64,000 nt of DNA, from the IMG/VR virus record IMGVR_UViG_3300014501_000012, positions 1 to 64,000 of that record. One strand, given 5' to 3'. This DNA comes from a virus. Positions 16,463 to 25,957 of the stretch are shown piece after piece. A program made the position numbers and the translations under genes. The stretch's first letter is position 1. Each line of letters begins with the position of its first letter. Below the pieces are notes generated by a model. It worked only from the letters and a program-made list of their open reading frames with translations, ran no database searches and was not told the origin of the DNA.

Positions 16463-18772
16463 ATGACCATGCGCCAGATGTGGGGTCCGTTCACGCGTCG
16501 CGAGCACCCCGGGGTGCCCGCAGATCACTTCCTGCCTGCCTGCGGCCGCCACGCCGCGGTCGATCACCGAGGCCGGATCACTGCCCTGGTGGCTGATGGC
16601 CCCGACCCTGGTCCGATGGTGTTCGGAGCGATCCCGCTGAGCGCCGGACCGTCGGACACCACCGACGCGGCGTGGGACGGCGGAGCCCAGGAGAAGAACC
16701 TCAACAACGAGGACGGCAAGGCCGAGTACCGCCAGATGTACGCCTGGGTCGATTCGGACGCTGACCAGGACACAAAGTCGGCCTACTCGTTCCCGCATCA
16801 CATGGTCGATGGTGACGGCAAGGTCGGAGCGGCCAACACCACGGCCTGCTCGAGCGGGATCGGGGTTCTGAACGGCGGGCGCGGGGTCTCGGTCAAAGAC
16901 GCCGACTGGTTCGATGACCGGGCCGGGATCTTCAAGCACCTGGTAGCCCACCTCTCGGCCTCCGGGGTCAAGGACGAGGACCTGCCGAAGCTCGACGACA
17001 TGACCGTGGTCGACGAGCGCGAAGCCCTGGTGGTCCGACTGATCGCCACGGGCAAGCTGGACGATGCCGGCATGGCCGAGCTGCTCACCGAGGACTCGAT
17101 CCTCCACGACCCGGACAACGCCCGCCTCACCGAGTACGTCGTCGCCTGCGAGACGCCCGACACCACGACCACGATCACGAGGATCGAGACCGGCGAGCAA
17201 CTGGCGGAGAAGCTCGCCGAACTGCGCGAACGCCAGGGCGAGACCCCGCGGATCAAGGTCAAGCTCGCCGCCTTCGACGACCTCGAGGTCGAGATGGCGA
17301 TCCACTGGGACCCCGAGGTCTGGGACGAGTCCTGGGTCAACGAGGACGGGACGATCGGACGCAAGGGTGCCTTCGTCTCGAACGGTCCCGAGACCCCGTT
17401 CGCCATGGTCGCGGCCGGCGGGGATCTTCCACAGCTCGTGGACAACCCCGGAGCGCCCTGGCACGCCATCTTGTGCGTCGAGGGCCTGCGGACCGACGAG
17501 GATCCAGGCCGGGAGATCATGCCCATGGCCTGCGAGTTCCCCGACCTTCCGGTCTCGCTCCGCCTCCAGATCCACGACGAGGGCGGTCACTGGGGCGCGG
17601 TCACCTGCGGGCGCATCGACACCATGGAGCGCCAGGACATGCAGGGCTACAACGCCATCGCAGGAGCGGGGGTCTTCGGGACTGACGAGCACGGCCAGCT
17701 CGCCCAGTTGCTCGTGACCGAGCAGACCCAGCGGTTCATCTCGATCGATCCCCGGGCGGTCACGGTCGAGGTGGTCGAGGTCGAGATCAACACCTCGGGG
17801 ATTTACGACGGCTACGACGACGAGTGCGAGCCCGACCTGTACGACTGGTGGATGCGCTACACCAGCCTCACGATCGGCGCGGCCACCATCGTGGCAACCC
17901 CGGCCTTGCAGCAGGCGGTGATCACCCTCGCCGACGTGCCGCTTCCCGAGACCCCGATCGCCATCGCCAACGCCCAGACCTCGACCGTCGTGGCCTCGGC
18001 GGGCCCGCTCGCACCTCCCGGGGCGTGGTTCGAGGACCCGGCGTTCCACGTCGGAGATCCCCGCCTCGTCCGCCAGGCCGACGGGCACTACGCCTGCCCG
18101 CTGACGGTCGACGACGACGGCCGGGTCTACGGCCACGCGGCCTACTGGGGCTCGAAGCACACGGGGTTCCCCGGACGCACGGTCCATCCCCCGCACTCCC
18201 CGACGTACGCGTACTTCACCACCGGCCACGTCAAGACGGCCGAGGGCAAGGTCGTGCCGGCGGGCCAGGTCACGATGGGCTGCGGACACGCGACGACCGA
18301 CCTCGACCAACGCCGGGCGGTCGCCCACTATGACGGCGGGTACGGCGCGATCCAGATGGCGGACATCCAGGCGGGCGAGGACGACTTCGGGATCTGGGTG
18401 GCGGGCTCGCTCCGCTCGGACGTGACCGAGACCGACATCGCCAAGTTCCGGGCTCAGAACCTCTCGGGTGACTGGCGGACGGTGGCGGGCACGCTGCACA
18501 TGGTCGCCTGCCTGGCCGTCCCGGTGCCGGGGTTCCCGATCTCCCGCGAGTCCCTGATCGCGGCCGGGGCCGAGGTCATCGACTCCCACGCGGCACGCGC
18601 CGGGGTAGACCCCGAGGACCACGACGTCGTTCTTTCGCTCGTCGCGGCCGGACGGGTCCACCGGGCTCCTCCCGAGGAACGGTTGCAGCGCCTCGAGCAC
18701 CAGATGGACTCGATGCGGGCCCGCGAGCGGCGTGAGAGCGTGCTGGCCGACCTGCGGGGTCTGTCGGCATGA
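16463..18772 (+). CDS. Capsid maturation protease (multi-domain)
   Basis: N-terminal WDG...SAYSFPHH domain; GHWGAVTCGRID; PP.AWF.DP, GRVYGH, GEDDFGIWVAG and LSGDWR motifs. Confidence 0.75.
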   Translation: MTMRQMWGPFTRREHPGVPADHFLPACGRHAAVDHRGRITALVADGPDPGPMVFGAIPLSAGPSDTTDAAWDGGAQEKNLNNEDGKAEYRQMYAWVDSDADQDTKSAYSFPHHMVDGDGKVGAANTTACSSGIGVLNGGRGVSVKDADWFDDRAGIFKHLVAHLSASGVKDEDLPKLDDMTVVDEREALVVRLIATGKLDDAGMAELLTEDSILHDPDNARLTEYVVACETPDTTTTITRIETGEQLAEKLAELRERQGETPRIKVKLAAFDDLEVEMAIHWDPEVWDESWVNEDGTIGRKGAFVSNGPETPFAMVAAGGDLPQLVDNPGAPWHAILCVEGLRTDEDPGREIMPMACEFPDLPVSLRLQIHDEGGHWGAVTCGRIDTMERQDMQGYNAIAGAGVFGTDEHGQLAQLLVTEQTQRFISIDPRAVTVEVVEVEINTSGIYDGYDDECEPDLYDWWMRYTSLTIGAATIVATPALQQAVITLADVPLPETPIAIANAQTSTVVASAGPLAPPGAWFEDPAFHVGDPRLVRQADGHYACPLTVDDDGRVYGHAAYWGSKHTGFPGRTVHPPHSPTYAYFTTGHVKTAEGKVVPAGQVTMGCGHATTDLDQRRAVAHYDGGYGAIQMADIQAGEDDFGIWVAGSLRSDVTETDIAKFRAQNLSGDWRTVAGTLHMVACLAVPVPGFPISRESLIAAGAEVIDSHAARAGVDPEDHDVVLSLVAAGRVHRAPPEERLQRLEHQMDSMRARERRESVLADLRGLSA

Positions 18773-19113
18773 GCGACGGAGCGACGGCGGTGGGAGCGGG
18801 CACGGAAGCAGCGATGGCGGAGATCGCCGACCTGGGCGGCGTGGCCGCGGTGGCGATGGTCGGTGGCAAGCAGGTCGACTGGGAGCCGGCGGAGAAGCCC
18901 TGCGAGCACCGGAACCTGTTCAACCAACGGGTGGTCGTGGCCGCGGTCACGCTTGAAGCCGACGAGAAGACCGGCCCGATCGACCACTGGGAGGCGACCC
19001 TGGCCGTCCGGTGTGCCGAGTGCGGGTCTGCGTTCGACGTCGAGCTCGACACGGCCGCCCTCCGGACCGAGGGCAAGACGATCTTCGTCCGACTCCATCC
19101 ATCCGCCGACTGA
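18769..19113 (+). CDS. Hypothetical protein (CEH...CAEC)
   Basis: ATGA overlap. Confidence 0.5.
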   Translation: MSDGATAVGAGTEAAMAEIADLGGVAAVAMVGGKQVDWEPAEKPCEHRNLFNQRVVVAAVTLEADEKTGPIDHWEATLAVRCAECGSAFDVELDTAALRTEGKTIFVRLHPSAD

Positions 19114-19162
19114 CCTCGGCGAGTACCATCCGCCAACATCGACCCAGGAGGGCCCGAAGAAC

Positions 19163-20392
19163 ATGACGCAGACCGCAACCGCCGCCCCGGTCGCACCAGC
19201 TATTCCGGGGGCACCGACGCCTGACGGGCTCCCGATCGACGCTGACCTGATCCTGGTCGAACTCGGGAATGCCAAGCCCACAAAGACCACCTTCTGCGAC
19301 TGGGACGGGGTGGCACCGGCCGTGACCTACGTCTACATCCCGACAGGGAAGGACCACTTCCCCGAAGGCCACCACGGCTACGTCCAGGCGGTCGACCCCC
19401 AGGTCAACGGTCAGGCGATTCGCCGGCACGTCGAGCACGCGGCCTACGAACTGGGAGGCGTCACGCACCTCCCGGGCCATGAGCCCGTCCTCGTGATCGT
19501 CTCGGCCGACGGAGTGTGGAAGAACCACTCGGAGCCCGCGACGACCCCGGAGTGGGTCTGGTCGAACAACCCCGAGACCCAGCGCCTCGTCGCCGAGTTC
19601 TTCGCCTGCCCCCAGGGTCGCCCGGCCGACGTCGAGATGACGCACTTCACCACGGCCGGGCCTCCGGGGGTCTCACCTCCGCCCGACGACGGGATCGCTC
19701 CGGGGGCCAACTTCGAGATGAACGCCCTGATCACCCAGAACGGGCGGGACACTCAGGCCCGGACCTTCGGGGGGCCTGGCGGGACGTCCGGCACCAGCAC
19801 CACGGCACCGGGAGCCACCAGCATGACGCTGGACGACCAGACGGCGCCGGGTAGCACCACGGCGTGGACGAACATGCGGGTGATCCGCGGGGCGGTGTGG
19901 GCGCAGATCATCTCCAACACCAACGCGACGCCTCCTGTGTTGACGGTGGACCGCTGGTACAACTTCGCCACTCCGGGCGGCGCGGCGGGCTCGACTCCTG
20001 CGGCCGGCGTCTACGGGATCATCGGGGGACCTGCCCCGTCCTGGGTCATCGGCCTCTCGACATCGACCACGTCTCTGCCGACATCCGCGGGAGCATGCAC
20101 GAACACAGTCCTCCCGGGCCCCGAGATCACCACGTCAGGCGGGGGTCTGGTTCGCCAGATCTGCCCGTGGGCGCACACGGCCTCGGCCGCCACGACCACG
20201 CTGACGCCGATCTTCACCGCCAATGGGTCGGATACGCTGCCGGTCACGATCGGCTCGATCGGGGTCTTCAACTCGATGGTCGTCTCCGATGGCACCGGGA
20301 CGATGTTCTTCAACACGCTGCTCACGACGCCGGCAACGCTGTCGAGCATCGGCGATCAGCTCACGCTCACGGAGACGATCTCGGGATCGTAG
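19163..20392 (+). CDS. Virion structural protein
   Basis: Thr/Gly-rich; C-terminal IGVFN...GDQLTLT motif typical of phage structural proteins; GGAGG SD. Confidence 0.6.
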   Translation: MTQTATAAPVAPAIPGAPTPDGLPIDADLILVELGNAKPTKTTFCDWDGVAPAVTYVYIPTGKDHFPEGHHGYVQAVDPQVNGQAIRRHVEHAAYELGGVTHLPGHEPVLVIVSADGVWKNHSEPATTPEWVWSNNPETQRLVAEFFACPQGRPADVEMTHFTTAGPPGVSPPPDDGIAPGANFEMNALITQNGRDTQARTFGGPGGTSGTSTTAPGATSMTLDDQTAPGSTTAWTNMRVIRGAVWAQIISNTNATPPVLTVDRWYNFATPGGAAGSTPAAGVYGIIGGPAPSWVIGLSTSTTSLPTSAGACTNTVLPGPEITTSGGGLVRQICPWAHTASAATTTLTPIFTANGSDTLPVTIGSIGVFNSMVVSDGTGTMFFNTLLTTPATLSSIGDQLTLTETISGS

Positions 20393-20417
20393 GTCCTGGT
20401 AGAGACCGATTCTGCCC

Positions 20418-23400
20418 ATGCTGACCTTCCCCGACATAGAACTCCCACCGACGTTCCCGGCCCAGGCGGGGCTCGACACACAGGGCCTCCAGGCCATCAC
20501 GGCGTTCGCCGCGGGTGGCGGGGTCCTCAGCGGTTGCGGGGTGACCGCGCAGTCCTCACCGAACATGACCGTCCAGGTCGCGGCCGGGATACTGGCCGTC
20601 GCTGGGACCGCCTACTCAGTGGGCGCGGTGGGTTCGCTCGCCATCGCGGCTGCGAGCACGACCGATCGCAAGGACGTGGTGATCTATCGCGTGGGCACGG
20701 GGGTCATGGTGCTGCAAGGAACGCCCTGCGGGACGGCCGGGTGGACCGCCACCTCGTCCAACCCCAACTACCCGGTGAAGCCCGCTCTGACCTTCACGAC
20801 GGACCTCCTGCTGGCCGAGATCTACGTCGAAGGAACTGGGGCCACGGCTACGACCTCGATCACGACCGGCAACATCGTGGACCAGACGCTCACGATCGCC
20901 ATGCCGCCGTTCACGGCCGGGGGCGACCTCACCGGCACGTTCCCGGCACCGACGATCAAGGCAAGCGTTGCGCTCACGGGCGCACCGACCGCCCCCACGC
21001 CGCCGATCTCTGACTCAAGCACCAGACTCGCCACCACGGCGTTCGTGAGTGCTCTGGTCGATGGGGCCGACTACAAGGCGGCGCGCCAACTCGCAACCAC
21101 CGCAGCCCTTCCGACCAACACCTATGCCAACGGGGCGTCGGGGGTGGGAGCAACACTGACCGGCGTCGACCTTACGGGCGCGGCGCTCGTCATCGACGGG
21201 ACGAGCAACCCCGCTATCGGCACGACTGTTCTCGTCAAGAACGAGGTGGCGGGAGCGCACAACGGGGCCTACGTCGTCCAGACCGTGGCGGCAGTCGGCA
21301 CCGCGTGGGTGCTGATCCGGGCGACCGACTACAACCAGGCAGCGGAGATGGCGCCGGGCGATGCGTTCTACATCTACGGCGGATCGAGTGGAGGCAACCT
21401 CTCGACCACCTGGGTGATGAACCAGTCAGCGGCGATCACGGTCGGAACCACCGCCCTGACCTTCGTGCAGATCCAGGGCATCGGCTCGATCACGAGCGGC
21501 GCGGGCATCACCATCACCGGCACGTCAATCGCAATGACGACTCCACCGCTGACACCGGGAGCCACGCAAACGGCCAACTTCACCGCCCTGGCTAACCTTT
21601 TCTACCCGATCAACACGACGGCGGGGACGTTCACCGGCACGCTCCCGGCTGCTCCCGCCAATGGCACCGTCGTCGGATTCAAGATCACCGTCTCCACCAC
21701 TCCAGCGACCATCTTCACAGTGGCGGCGGGTGGGAGCGACGTACTCAACGTCGCGGGGACCACCTCGGCCACGATCAAGGTATTCGGTGAGGTCCAGCAG
21801 TGGATCTACTTCTCCGGTGTCTGGTACGCGTACGTCAGCACGCCCGTGGGGCAGCTCGACCTTCGGTACCCGTTGAACACGGCGACACCTGGCGGCGATC
21901 TCGCAGCAGCCGGATCGACCTACGCTGTCCCGCTGCTCTCGGCCACGGCGAATGTAAAAGCGATCATTGAGGCGAACTCAACGCCGTTCCCGCTCCCCGG
22001 CGCGGTTGACTTCATGGGGCACTCCTACATGGGCGCCACGGACCTCGGACTACCCGAGCCCATGATGCAGGCGAAGTATGTGGCCTCCCGCATCGCGGCG
22101 GCGCTCGGTGCTACGCCTGACTCGGTTACCTCTTTTACCCAGGGGGGCGGCCGCCTCCTCTCCACCGACACTGACGGTTGTGGGTGGGGCACAGCGTTGC
22201 AGCGTTGGCTTCCGCCCACGGCCGTCGGTCTCGCTGCGCAGTCTGGCGGGGCGTACCAACTCGGCGGCCAGGTCAATCCGCCCCTCCCGGCCACGAGCCT
22301 GCCCACATTCGTCGGGCTGCACGGCATAAACGACGTGGTCTATCCCTTCGGTGGCGGCTTCACGCCGTTCACAGCGTCGGCCAATGGTTCGGGGACTCTC
22401 ACGAGTTCGACCAATCTCTCGTCGACTGGCAGTTACCTGGCTGGTCGTATTGGAGGCAACGGCATCCAGGTCGGGGATTACCTCTTGGGCGCTGGTATCC
22501 GCGGCGCGGCCCAGGTGGCAAGTGTGACCTGGAACGGGTCAAACCTCACGACAATCGTTCTCACAACGGTCGGACAGAACACGGCCCCCTCTACCAGCGT
22601 CTCTTACAACCTGATCCCCAATAACTTCGCCACCCAGGGAAAGGCGGCGATCATAAATGCCGCATCGGCCGTCGTCCAGCGACGGGTTGCGGGGGCCATC
22701 GTCCGTTCCGACGACGCGGCGATCACGTACTCAGGGACCTGGACGACGGTCACGCAGAATGGTGGCAACACCGGGCCGACCATCCGACAATCCATTGTCA
22801 ACAACTCGGCGCTCAGCTACACCTTCCCCGCCACGCACCCTGGCGGCATGGTGGGGTTCATCTTCGTCGGCACCAACGACCTCGACGCGTCGGGCTGCAC
22901 CGTGACGGCGGGAGGCACGAGCGCCGCGGGCGTACTCGGCGCCGTCACCACGGTGGGACGCGCTGGGTGGTGCGGGTTGAATGCCCCGGTCCTGGTAAGG
23001 ATCAAGACAACCGCCGCCGACGCGGGCAAGACGATCACATTCACATTCGGCACCGGAAGCGGCGGCACGCCGGTTCTCCAGTTCGACTCAATCAACTTCG
23101 ATGCGCAGTACCAATCACCCGTCATTCTGGTGACGCAGCCCCTCGTCGTCCCCGACTTTGACGGCGCCGCTGACCCGGTAACCAACATCCCAGCCCTGAA
23201 CGCTGCTCTCGCTCGGGTCGTCACGAACTTCCAGACAGCCCCAGCGGGTGGGTTCCCCGCCATCGGCCCGATCACCCCGGCCTACACGAACGTCGTGCTG
23301 GCGGACTTCGCCACGGAGATCAACAAGAAGTCGTTCTACCTCGGGTCATCCATCCTCGCCACGGGGAGCACGTCGTCAAGTGTGACCCTGGTCGGTCAGC

Positions 23401-24413
23401 GCACCACGACGCAAGGCGACCAACTGCCTCCGTACGCGGGACAGCAGCTCGGGATTTCGTGCAACAACGTCGGGGACCTGAACGAAGTGGTGTTCGTGAC
23501 CTCGGTCGCCGCAGGGTCGCCCGTGACTATCGGCGGGAGCACCTACCCGACGTGGACCGTCAACATGAACCGCAACATCAACCCGTCCGGGTTTGCGGCA
23601 TTTCAGCAGAACGCCGCCACTGGCTCTATCACGTCGCTGGTCTCCCCGGTCGCCGACGTGATGTGGATGGGACCCGATTACATCCACCCCGGAGACGTGG
23701 GTGCGGCCCTCATCGCCAGCAACGTGCTCCAGGCGTACCAGTCGGTTCCGACCACCGCCAACCCCGATTTCATCGCTGCCAGCGGCCAGCGTTGGCTCCA
23801 GGGGCGCACGACTCCGTATCCGCGTGCTCTCGACGGCGGCATTTGGACGCCCAAAGGCATCGAGGGGACTTTCACCCCCGTCGCCAACACCGTCTATGCC
23901 ATGCGCTACTACGCGTCCGAATGGCAGCTCATCACAGGGGTAGGCGTGAGCGTCGTCGCCCAGCAGGGCAACCTTATGTACGCGGCGTTCCTGCTCGATA
24001 CGTCGAACGGGTCGTATCCGGGGATGGTCATCTGTGACTTCGGGTTGGCTGACGTGGCGCTCAGCTCCAACACGAGCCTCGGCCTTCTCGCTAGTGGCGG
24101 CGACGAGTACCTGCTCGCTCCCGGCTCGTACTGGGTCGCGGTCGGATTCAATAGCGCCACGGTGTCAACGGTCCGCGGGGTCGCGACACGCACCGATGAG
24201 CCGAACGTGGACTGGATCTCCCTGACAGAACTCAACACAGAGGCGACCACCTACGGGAAGCAGGGTTACACCTGGACTCCTGCAACGACGGGGGCGGCGA
24301 TCACCAGCATGGCCGTAGCCGGGACACCAGCGCCAATCGTGGGCGGAACCACCGCGCAAATGCCCCGCATCTGGGTCCAAAGGACCGTCCAGAAGTACAA
24401 CTTCGCCGGATGA
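20418..24413 (+). CDS. Large fibre/decoration protein with SGNH-hydrolase domain
   Basis: MTVQVAAG; GGDLTGTFP; ALTGAPTAPT; VLVKNE...NGAY...W.LIRATD; SGNH blocks MGHSY, HGINDV and DYIHP. Confidence 0.7.
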   Translation: MLTFPDIELPPTFPAQAGLDTQGLQAITAFAAGGGVLSGCGVTAQSSPNMTVQVAAGILAVAGTAYSVGAVGSLAIAAASTTDRKDVVIYRVGTGVMVLQGTPCGTAGWTATSSNPNYPVKPALTFTTDLLLAEIYVEGTGATATTSITTGNIVDQTLTIAMPPFTAGGDLTGTFPAPTIKASVALTGAPTAPTPPISDSSTRLATTAFVSALVDGADYKAARQLATTAALPTNTYANGASGVGATLTGVDLTGAALVIDGTSNPAIGTTVLVKNEVAGAHNGAYVVQTVAAVGTAWVLIRATDYNQAAEMAPGDAFYIYGGSSGGNLSTTWVMNQSAAITVGTTALTFVQIQGIGSITSGAGITITGTSIAMTTPPLTPGATQTANFTALANLFYPINTTAGTFTGTLPAAPANGTVVGFKITVSTTPATIFTVAAGGSDVLNVAGTTSATIKVFGEVQQWIYFSGVWYAYVSTPVGQLDLRYPLNTATPGGDLAAAGSTYAVPLLSATANVKAIIEANSTPFPLPGAVDFMGHSYMGATDLGLPEPMMQAKYVASRIAAALGATPDSVTSFTQGGGRLLSTDTDGCGWGTALQRWLPPTAVGLAAQSGGAYQLGGQVNPPLPATSLPTFVGLHGINDVVYPFGGGFTPFTASANGSGTLTSSTNLSSTGSYLAGRIGGNGIQVGDYLLGAGIRGAAQVASVTWNGSNLTTIVLTTVGQNTAPSTSVSYNLIPNNFATQGKAAIINAASAVVQRRVAGAIVRSDDAAITYSGTWTTVTQNGGNTGPTIRQSIVNNSALSYTFPATHPGGMVGFIFVGTNDLDASGCTVTAGGTSAAGVLGAVTTVGRAGWCGLNAPVLVRIKTTAADAGKTITFTFGTGSGGTPVLQFDSINFDAQYQSPVILVTQPLVVPDFDGAADPVTNIPALNAALARVVTNFQTAPAGGFPAIGPITPAYTNVVLADFATEINKKSFYLGSSILATGSTSSSVTLVGQRTTTQGDQLPPYAGQQLGISCNNVGDLNEVVFVTSVAAGSPVTIGGSTYPTWTVNMNRNINPSGFAAFQQNAATGSITSLVSPVADVMWMGPDYIHPGDVGAALIASNVLQAYQSVPTTANPDFIAASGQRWLQGRTTPYPRALDGGIWTPKGIEGTFTPVANTVYAMRYYASEWQLITGVGVSVVAQQGNLMYAAFLLDTSNGSYPGMVICDFGLADVALSSNTSLGLLASGGDEYLLAPGSYWVAVGFNSATVSTVRGVATRTDEPNVDWISLTELNTEATTYGKQGYTWTPATTGAAITSMAVAGTPAPIVGGTTAQMPRIWVQRTVQKYNFAG

Positions 24414-24468
24414 TGATATGAGCTACGGCACCACCGCCTACGGCACTAGCCCCAGATAGGATGACGAG

Positions 24469-24783
24469 ATGCCAGTAGACCTCAGCGGAATAGCCGACAT
24501 CACCCAGTTGGAGTCCATCGCCTACAAGCAGATGCGCGTGATCGCGGCGGGACAGCAGGCCCAAGAGGTTCTCCAGGCGTGCGAGGGCCGGATAGCCCAG
24601 ATCCAGGGTGAGCAGCGGGAGGCGGCGGCACTTGAGGCGAAGCGGCTGTACGACGAGACGCTGGCTCAGACGAAGCCCCCACCGCGGGCCGAGCGCCGGA
24701 TCAAGCCCGTGAAGGCGGCGAAGAAGGCGCGCCCGGTGAAGAAGGCCGCCAAGAAGGTGGCAGCAGCCCGAAAGCGGACGTAG
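24469..24783 (+). CDS. Coiled-coil protein with histone-H1-like basic tail
   Basis: KPVKAAKKARPVKKAAKK tail; leaderless TAGGAT. Confidence 0.6.
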   Translation: MPVDLSGIADITQLESIAYKQMRVIAAGQQAQEVLQACEGRIAQIQGEQREAAALEAKRLYDETLAQTKPPPRAERRIKPVKAAKKARPVKKAAKKVAAARKRT

Positions 24784-24786
24784 CTC

Positions 24787-25482
24787 ATGGCGGCGGGCCT
24801 GCTCGGGCAGGGCCTCTTGGGACAGATGCTCCTCGGCGCGCACAACGCCGGGAACATCTCGGCCACCATCTCGGATTCGGCCCTCACCTCGGACGCGCTG
24901 AGCAGCAACGTCCAACTCCCTCGCTCGTTGTCCGAGAGCGCGGCGACCTCGGACGGGGTCGGGCGCACGATCCATCTCACCTCGTCTGTCTCGGACACCT
25001 CCCTCACCCCCGACGCCGTCGCCGCGGGGTCTCCCCGCACGCGCACAACGGCCGACTCGTCGCTAACGACGGATACCGCGGCCCGGCTCGCCGGCCTCGT
25101 TCGGGCGCTGGCCGATGCCTCGCTGACCGCTGACTCCGTTGCGACGCGTTTGGCCCTGGCCCGGGTCCTGACCGAGGCGGCTCTGACGCAGGACCAGTTG
25201 GTCCAGACCTTCGCGAGAATCCTGGCCGATAGTGCTCTCACGACCGACACGGTGTCAGCACACTCCGGGATCGCCCGAGCCCTGTCCGAAGACGCTCTCA
25301 CCGCTGACTCCGTGCTGTTCGTGGTGAGGGTCGCGAGCGGCATCATCGGATGGGAGTTGGGGCTCGCCCAGAGTCAGTGGCGGTTCGGGTTCGCCCAGGG
25401 CCAGTGGCACGTCGGGCCGGCCGTCTGCCAGTGGCGCGTCGGGAAGGTCGCACCCGTCGCCTTGCTGGTGGTGCGAAGCTAA
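24787..25482 (+). CDS. Structural protein with eight ~20-aa D-x-x-L-T-x-D repeats
   Basis: R.L.D.ALT.D repeats visible in the translation. Confidence 0.6.
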   Translation: MAAGLLGQGLLGQMLLGAHNAGNISATISDSALTSDALSSNVQLPRSLSESAATSDGVGRTIHLTSSVSDTSLTPDAVAAGSPRTRTTADSSLTTDTAARLAGLVRALADASLTADSVATRLALARVLTEAALTQDQLVQTFARILADSALTTDTVSAHSGIARALSEDALTADSVLFVVRVASGIIGWELGLAQSQWRFGFAQGQWHVGPAVCQWRVGKVAPVALLVVRS

Positions 25483-25486
25483 CGCC

Positions 25487-25816
25487 ATGCCCCAACACCA
25501 ACTCCGGTCCTCGCTCGAGAAGTTCCTGATCCCGGTGGACCTGTTGATCACCGAGGGCGCCAACCCCGACACGTCCCTCGACGTCGTCCAGTTCCAGTTC
25601 ATCTACGGCGGCCTTCCCCCGCGGTCCCAGCCGGTAGAGGGCGACTGGGTCGACGGGTTCTGGATCACGTCCGAAGTCGGGACTCTCCTGGCCGGGATCC
25701 TGGTCGGGCCGGGCGGGACGGTCACGCTCGAGAAGGGGGTCTACGCAGCCTGCATGAGGATCATCGACAACCCGACGGTGCCCGTGAAGGCGCCCGACAC
25801 GCTCACGATCACCTGA
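25487..25816 (+). CDS. Fibre adaptor/BppU-like Ig protein
   Basis: ILVGPGGTVTL..GVY.....I.DNP.VPV motif common in actinophages. Confidence 0.55.
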   Translation: MPQHQLRSSLEKFLIPVDLLITEGANPDTSLDVVQFQFIYGGLPPRSQPVEGDWVDGFWITSEVGTLLAGILVGPGGTVTLEKGVYAACMRIIDNPTVPVKAPDTLTIT

Positions 25817-25957
25817 CCATGCGTGACACGGGACGCGCCCGTGTGCTTTACTTCCAGCCCAAGGACACAGTCCCCGCGTAGGACCCCGGCCCGGCCGGCG
25901 GAGAAGTGCGGACCCACAGGGTGCCGGTCAGTTCCGTTTCGAGCTGGAGGTCCCGTC

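Noticed and set aside
25823-25957. Extended N-terminus of the capsid ORF, and likewise the long upstream extensions of ORF-track entries such as 14561, 18863, 31996 and 51592
   Set aside because: Better starts with an SD, gene overlap or leaderless -10 lie downstream
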